This document shows, piece by piece, positions 59,026 to 64,000 of a stretch of DNA of 64,000 nucleotides. The notes under the pieces are model-generated. The model saw nothing but the letters and a program-made list of their open reading frames with translations. It ran no database searches and was not told the DNA's origin. The position numbers were made by a program, and so were the translations under genes. The first letter of the stretch is position 1, and each line of letters starts with the position of its first letter. Origin of the DNA: Centroscyllium fabricii (taxonomy: Eukaryota); contig JBNRSN020000012.1 of NCBI GenBank assembly GCA_051313645.2, positions 150,598,001 to 150,662,000 on the forward strand, read 5' to 3'.

Positions 59026-60146
59026 AGAGGAAATCGGCATGAGAAGGGTTCTGCTCCTGCTCACCCTGGTAGGGATGAGCATCGGTGAACGAGCTGAAGT
59101 GGAGAACTCCCACATCTTTGGGTGCTCGGGAGAGAGAGCACCAATCGTTACCGCAGGGGGTGGCGAACGGGGTGTGGAGGGGCTCACTGTTTACTTCCAC
59201 GAGGGAAGGTGGCCAGGGTGGCTGGGGTCCAACTCTACAAAATACTCCAGCCAGACCGGGTTCAGATACAGGGAGGCCTCCATCCCGTGCTCCAGGGTAC
59301 AGATCGCGGCCACATGGATCAGTGTCACTGAGGGGAAACGTGTGTGCCTCACATGTAAAGGACAGATTCTCCTGGATAGGTGGTGGCTAAGGAAACTGAG
59401 CAAGGACATAGGGGACCGTACAGTCAACTGGGAACGTTTGGGGAACAATACCCATCGGACTATCACAGGGACCCGAGGGGGAGTGAGTGTGTGCTGGGAC
59501 AAGTGGTGGGAGCTGGATCAGGGGATTTACATTTGTATGTGGGGGTCAGAGAAAGCCTGCCACACAGGCGTATCCATCATCTTCCACAGTCAATGGCAAG
59601 ATAACGGGAATGGGATGGAGTGGGATTCTAGCTTACATGCGTGTGCGGTCCCATACTCCCCGATCCCAGTCAACGCCACCGAACTTGTAACCCGCCCCCG
59701 AATGCCCCTGCCCACGACCACGACATCACGGCCCATAGTAGAGAGGTGTCCTACCACTACCAAGGGACCAGGGAATGGGCTAGTATTAGTGCCGACCAAA
59801 AAGGTATTATACCAGGGGTACACTATGCAGTAGCTTCAGTGATCCTAAACCTTACCGAGGTACACTTACCTGAATGGTGCCCAAAGGAGACAGAACAGCT
59901 GTACCAAGCCCTGCTGAAGGAAATGGTTAGGTAATTTTATGAATTTGACTTTGCCAATGTAAACAAAGCAAAACTGTACAGTTTACATCCTGAATATAAT
60001 ATGGGCACGGAGAGCCAAAGAAGGGGAACCTGGAACGATATTTTCACTGCCTATAATACAGGATTCTCGGTAATAAATAGCCTGGATGACATAGAACTGC
60101 AAACACAGATAAATGGTTTAAAAACCCAATTAAGATAAATCCTAAC

Positions 60147-61577
60147 TGAAAGGATTACAACATTTCGTGTGTGTTCCCCCTGTAGAAGATTGGCGGTATT
60201 ATGTTGTGAAGATTAATGTAAAGACCCTGGCGGGACTGTTTTAGAAGCCCAGGGCAGAAATGGGCACATAAAATGTTCAAAAAATGGCCGATCAGTAAAA
60301 CGCTGCTTTTCTTAAAGTGAAAAGACAATCTCCCAGCCGGTGTCTGTGTGAATTATGCAAAGATCTGCCGAGGTGGCTTGAAAACCAAGCCTGTCTTTCA
60401 TATGCAGAAAGGACAATGAGGTCCAGTAAAAACCTTTCCAGGTGGGAGAAGCAATTTTTACATATGGATACAGCCGGAGCCTCTGAGTCTCGAACAAGCC
60501 TCAAAAATTGTACTGTAACAATGAAACGGCAGTTGGAAGCCAATCACAGCTAGTAGGTGTTAATCAAATAATGAGGTAAAGTCATTGAAATTCGAACAAC
60601 ACAATGGGAGGTGTTAATGGCCATTCAGGAAAACGATCACCGGCCATCAAAGTGGATGGACCATCATCGAAACCTTTTGTCTGAGATTTTACACCCAAAC
60701 CAGTTCAAAGGTGCAGAAAGAGTATAATTGGGATGTCCAGCCTCTCTCTCACGCTCTCTGTTTCCTATTCTGCTCTCTGCCTGAGCTCTGGACCTGGCTG
60801 TGTGAGAAGGAAGACCTTTTACTAGAAGATTACTTTGACAACCCGCAGCCAGGAAAACCCAGGCCAGGCATAAGCAATATTCAACTTTCTGCAGGTGAGC
60901 ATAATTTTTCTGACTGTCGCAGACATCTTAGGCTAGGCTAGGTTTAAGGGAAGGGGGTTAAGGAGATTGCTAAAATTGTCATTTTAGAGATTTTCCCTCG
61001 ATATGTTCGATTCCTCTCCCCCCACCCCCCGTTAATTGCACAGCTTTAAGTTTGTCTTATGTATGTAGTCGTTTTAACCTGTAATTTTATTAGATCTGTA
61101 ATAAAACCATTTGTTTTCTTGTAACGAAACCACGACTCTGCCTGCTGTTTGTCTTATCACTGCTGGATAAGTCCCAGGACTAGAACTGAGTAAAGGGGAG
61201 CGATTCAAAACGTACTGTCTCCCAAGTGTCTATTTAAAGAGTATTCTCCACCCAAATTCTGGAGTTAGAACCAGATAGGGGCATTAGGGCGCTTCAAACC
61301 CGCCAAACTAGGGACCAGCAGACTAGGGAAAAGGGAGAGGACTCCAGGCGCACGTGGGCTCGAGAATACCCCCACAGGTTAGGTATAAACTGTGTGGGTT
61401 GCCACCGTATTGAGTTCTCCTCTATAAGCTGTTGTTTCCCTATCTCCTTAGAGGGTGTTTAGTGACACCCGACCTGCAGGTCATAACATAAGCTGTAAGG
61501 GTATAAAGGAGACCAAGGCCCAATACACCAACAGGCACTAGAGACCCCTGCAATTGGGCAGACCAAAAACCCCTACA
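60147..61577 (+). mobile_element. long solo LTR (ERV-like)
   Basis: TGAAAGG...CCTACA; 4-bp TSD TAAC; AATAAA near 61100; removal restores the env frame (ILT|EENRV). Confidence 0.8.
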
Positions 61578-62170
61578 TAACAGAGGAGAATAGAGTGGCA
61601 GGCTCAGAGTTACACGAGGACCAAGCTATGTCAGTCCATTTAAAGGAAATTATTGCTGAGCTGGAGACACGCCAAATCAGTAAATGCATTGTTACGGGTG
61701 GACAGGAATGCTTCAGATCAGGCTGTACAGAATGAGGTGTGTGTGCTATACAGGACATGGTTGCTAGGTGAGGGATGTAGCAAACTGGAGGATTTAAAAC
61801 AAGGTTTAGTCCCCTCCTGAATTAGCAACAAGCACCCCGCAGCCCTCCACCTGTTTAGGAATTCGCTGAGCCCGTGTCAGCTTCATCTAGCCTCTGAAGC
61901 CTACCCTGTCCCAGTGGATTGTGGACGTTCCAATCACATTATTATGGGGATAGTAGTGAGGATGCCGGTCATGGGTGGGACAGCCCAACCCGCACCGGTA
62001 TACAGGGTGGAGAACATTGGGATCATTCAAGGGGGTGCACACATCCGTTTCGCAGCGGTCCCACCTTATGTCATAAAATGGGAGCACGCTATAACAGGTA
62101 CAGACCGCTCCGGAGCCGGGGTGCCCACATAATACTGTGTCCCCAGCACTTGAATGCCTATTCCAGACCA

Positions 62171-62335
62171 TTGTAAGAAGTCACACAACACCAGGTTATA
62201 GTCCAACAGTTTTATTTGAAATCACAAGCTTTCGGAGTAGCTTGTGATTTCAAATAAAACTGTTGGACAATAACCTGGTGGTGTGTGACTTCTTACAATT
62301 GTCCACCCCAGTCCAACACCGGCACCTCCACATCA
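62171..62335 (+). mobile_element. Penelope-like hairpin insertion
   Basis: 60-bp inverted arms 62171-62230 and 62239-62298 plus a 37-nt tail; 12-bp TSD TATTCCAGACCA. Confidence 0.75.
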
Positions 62336-62456
62336 TATTCCAGACCACAGTGCGGGTTTAAAGCTGCTGGCTCACAACCTATTAACTGTACCATGGAGGT
62401 AATGGCACAAGGACATGTTCCCCCACAGGTAGCATTCATAGCGGGTGGGACATATT

Positions 62457-62654
62457 AGGCCAGAAATCCCGCTGAGCGCAGGAGGTTTTGGAGCCGGGTG
62501 TTAGTGCACCCGAGCTCCGAATTGCAGGGAGCAGCAGTTTCCAGCTGCTACCTGCAATTCCGAAGGCGGCCAGCGGGGGGTCGAGAGCTGCTGCGAGCTG
62601 GATCGCGTTCGCCTGCGTACCACGAGGTGCGCAGTGCACTTACGATTTTGGCCC
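62457..62654. mobile_element. Harbinger-type MITE or MITE end truncating env
   Basis: AGGCCAGAAATC ... GATTTTGGCCC; the right end overlaps the inverted RT copy. Confidence 0.4.
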
Positions 62655-64000
62655 ATCACGGCCTAATTGAAACCCTGCGATGGGGGCAATGGGCCCACCA
62701 GGTTGAATTGACAACTGGACCAACACCTGCCAGGACTGTCAGCGCGCCAAGGTCCATCAGCATACCAAAGCTCCCTTGCAAGATTTTCCGGTGCCCGAGC
62801 AGCGCTTTGATCATGTCCATGTGGACCTGGTGGGCCCATTGCCCCCATCGCAGGGTTAACAATTAGGCCGTGATGGGCCAATCTCTGAAAAAGAGAGCGC
62901 AGGTGCATTACATGTTGAGATTCGTTAGCACTAGCAACTAAAATGTCATCAAGATATACAAACAAAAAGGCCAAGTCCCGAAGGACAGAGTCCAGCAACC
63001 GTTGGAAAACCTGTGCCGCATTCTTTAACCCGAAAGGCATGCGCAGGAATTCAAAAAGTCCGAATGGCATAATAACGGATGTTTTTTGGATGTCATCTGG
63101 ATGGACCGGGACCTGGTGATACCCTCGCACGAGGTCGACTTTCGAAAAAATGGTAGTGCCCACTAAATGGGCCGCAAAGTCCTGAATATGTGGTACCGGG
63201 TATCTGTCTGGCGTGGTGGCGTCGTTAAGGCACATGGTCGCCAACCGCCTCCTGGCTTGGGGACGATGTGGAGTGGGGACAACCACGGGCTGTTGGAAGG
63301 TCGAATGATCCCTAACTTCTCCATGGCTGAGAATTCCTGCTTGACCACCACCATCTTCGTAGGGTCGAGGCGTCTGGCTCGAGCGAAGACCGGTGGACCA
63401 GTAGTAGCGATATGATCTTGGACGCCGTGTTTGGCTGACCCATCGGAGAATGTTGGCTGCATGATGGCCGGGAACTAGGCCAGCAGGTGTGCGTACTTGT
63501 CGCCCGGAGGAGGAGAGCAGGAGCTTATGAGGGGTTGGCCATCACTTCGCTGGCAGGGGAACGATGCGAAAGTAGATGCATCCATCAGACATCTGCCCCG
63601 GATGTCCATGAGCAGGCCGTGGGCACACAGGAAATCCTCACCCAGCAATGGATGTGCTATATTGGCCGTGACAAAATGCCAGGCAAACCGTTGGTCACCC
63701 AGTCGGATTTCCGCTTGCCGCTTACCGAATGTGGCTATTGCTACGCCATTCACTGCCACGAGGAGTGGGCCGCTGCGGCCGGACTGTTGATTGGAGTGCG
63801 TGGCTGGTAAGATGCTGAGCTGGGCCCCTGTGTCGCAGAGGAATTGTTGCCCGGATAGAGAGTCTGTAATATACAGCAACTGACCTGCTGTGCCCATGGC
63901 GTTAGCAGCGGCTGGTCCTTGGAGGTGCAGCTGGCTCGGAGAATTGGGCTTGGTTTGGGCCACCTTGCCGTCGAAGGAGCAAGGTGGTCGGCAGCGGTGG
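62649..64000 (-). pseudogene. gag-pol: rearranged CsRn1-like gag-pol fragment (runs off the window)
   Basis: HRCRPPCSF CHCC end; FLCDTGAQ protease; RT with YLDD; stop at 63475; inverted integrase piece at 62706-62856. Confidence 0.88.

Larger units (their letters stand above)
59039..62456 (+). pseudogene. env: envelope: signal peptide, Ig-like domain, Thr/Pro stalk and class I F-like fusion ectodomain (pieces 59039-60146, 61582-62170, 62348-62456)
   Basis: Lies downstream of integrase; MRRVLLLLTLVG signal peptide; SQRR|GTWNDIFTAYNTGFSVINSLD cleavage/fusion-peptide-like segment then heptad; frame rejoins across both TSDs. Confidence 0.75.

Overview
This is eukaryotic, almost entirely transposon-derived DNA. 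It is most consistent with a cartilaginous fish (shark), because it carries HE1-like V-SINEs, SacSINE1/DeuSINE-like fragments and CR1 LINEs with an esterase ORF1. I could not support any host gene exon. Contents: (1) four full-length Ty3/Gypsy LTR retrotransposons with paired LTRs and TSDs (two CsRn1-like copies, one Mag-like copy, one lacking a tRNA primer-binding site) plus a rearranged CsRn1-like fragment; (2) two RT-less LTR elements whose ORF runs Gag-protease-coiled coil; (3) a near full-length CR1 with a monomeric 5' UTR and several CR1/L2 fragments; (4) a PIF/Harbinger transposon (transposase plus a 3-exon Myb/SANT gene) and many Harbinger-type MITEs; (5) two solo LTRs and a Penelope-like hairpin; (6) a decayed retrovirus-like element whose env, once nested insertions are removed, reads signal peptide / Ig-like domain / Thr-Pro stalk / paramyxovirus-F-like (lokiretrovirus-like) fusion ectodomain. 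The most interesting candidates are the Ig-capped F-like envelope and the Gag-PR-coiled-coil non-autonomous elements. Boundaries come from reading termini and TSDs by eye. Family names come from motif recognition, not database searches.
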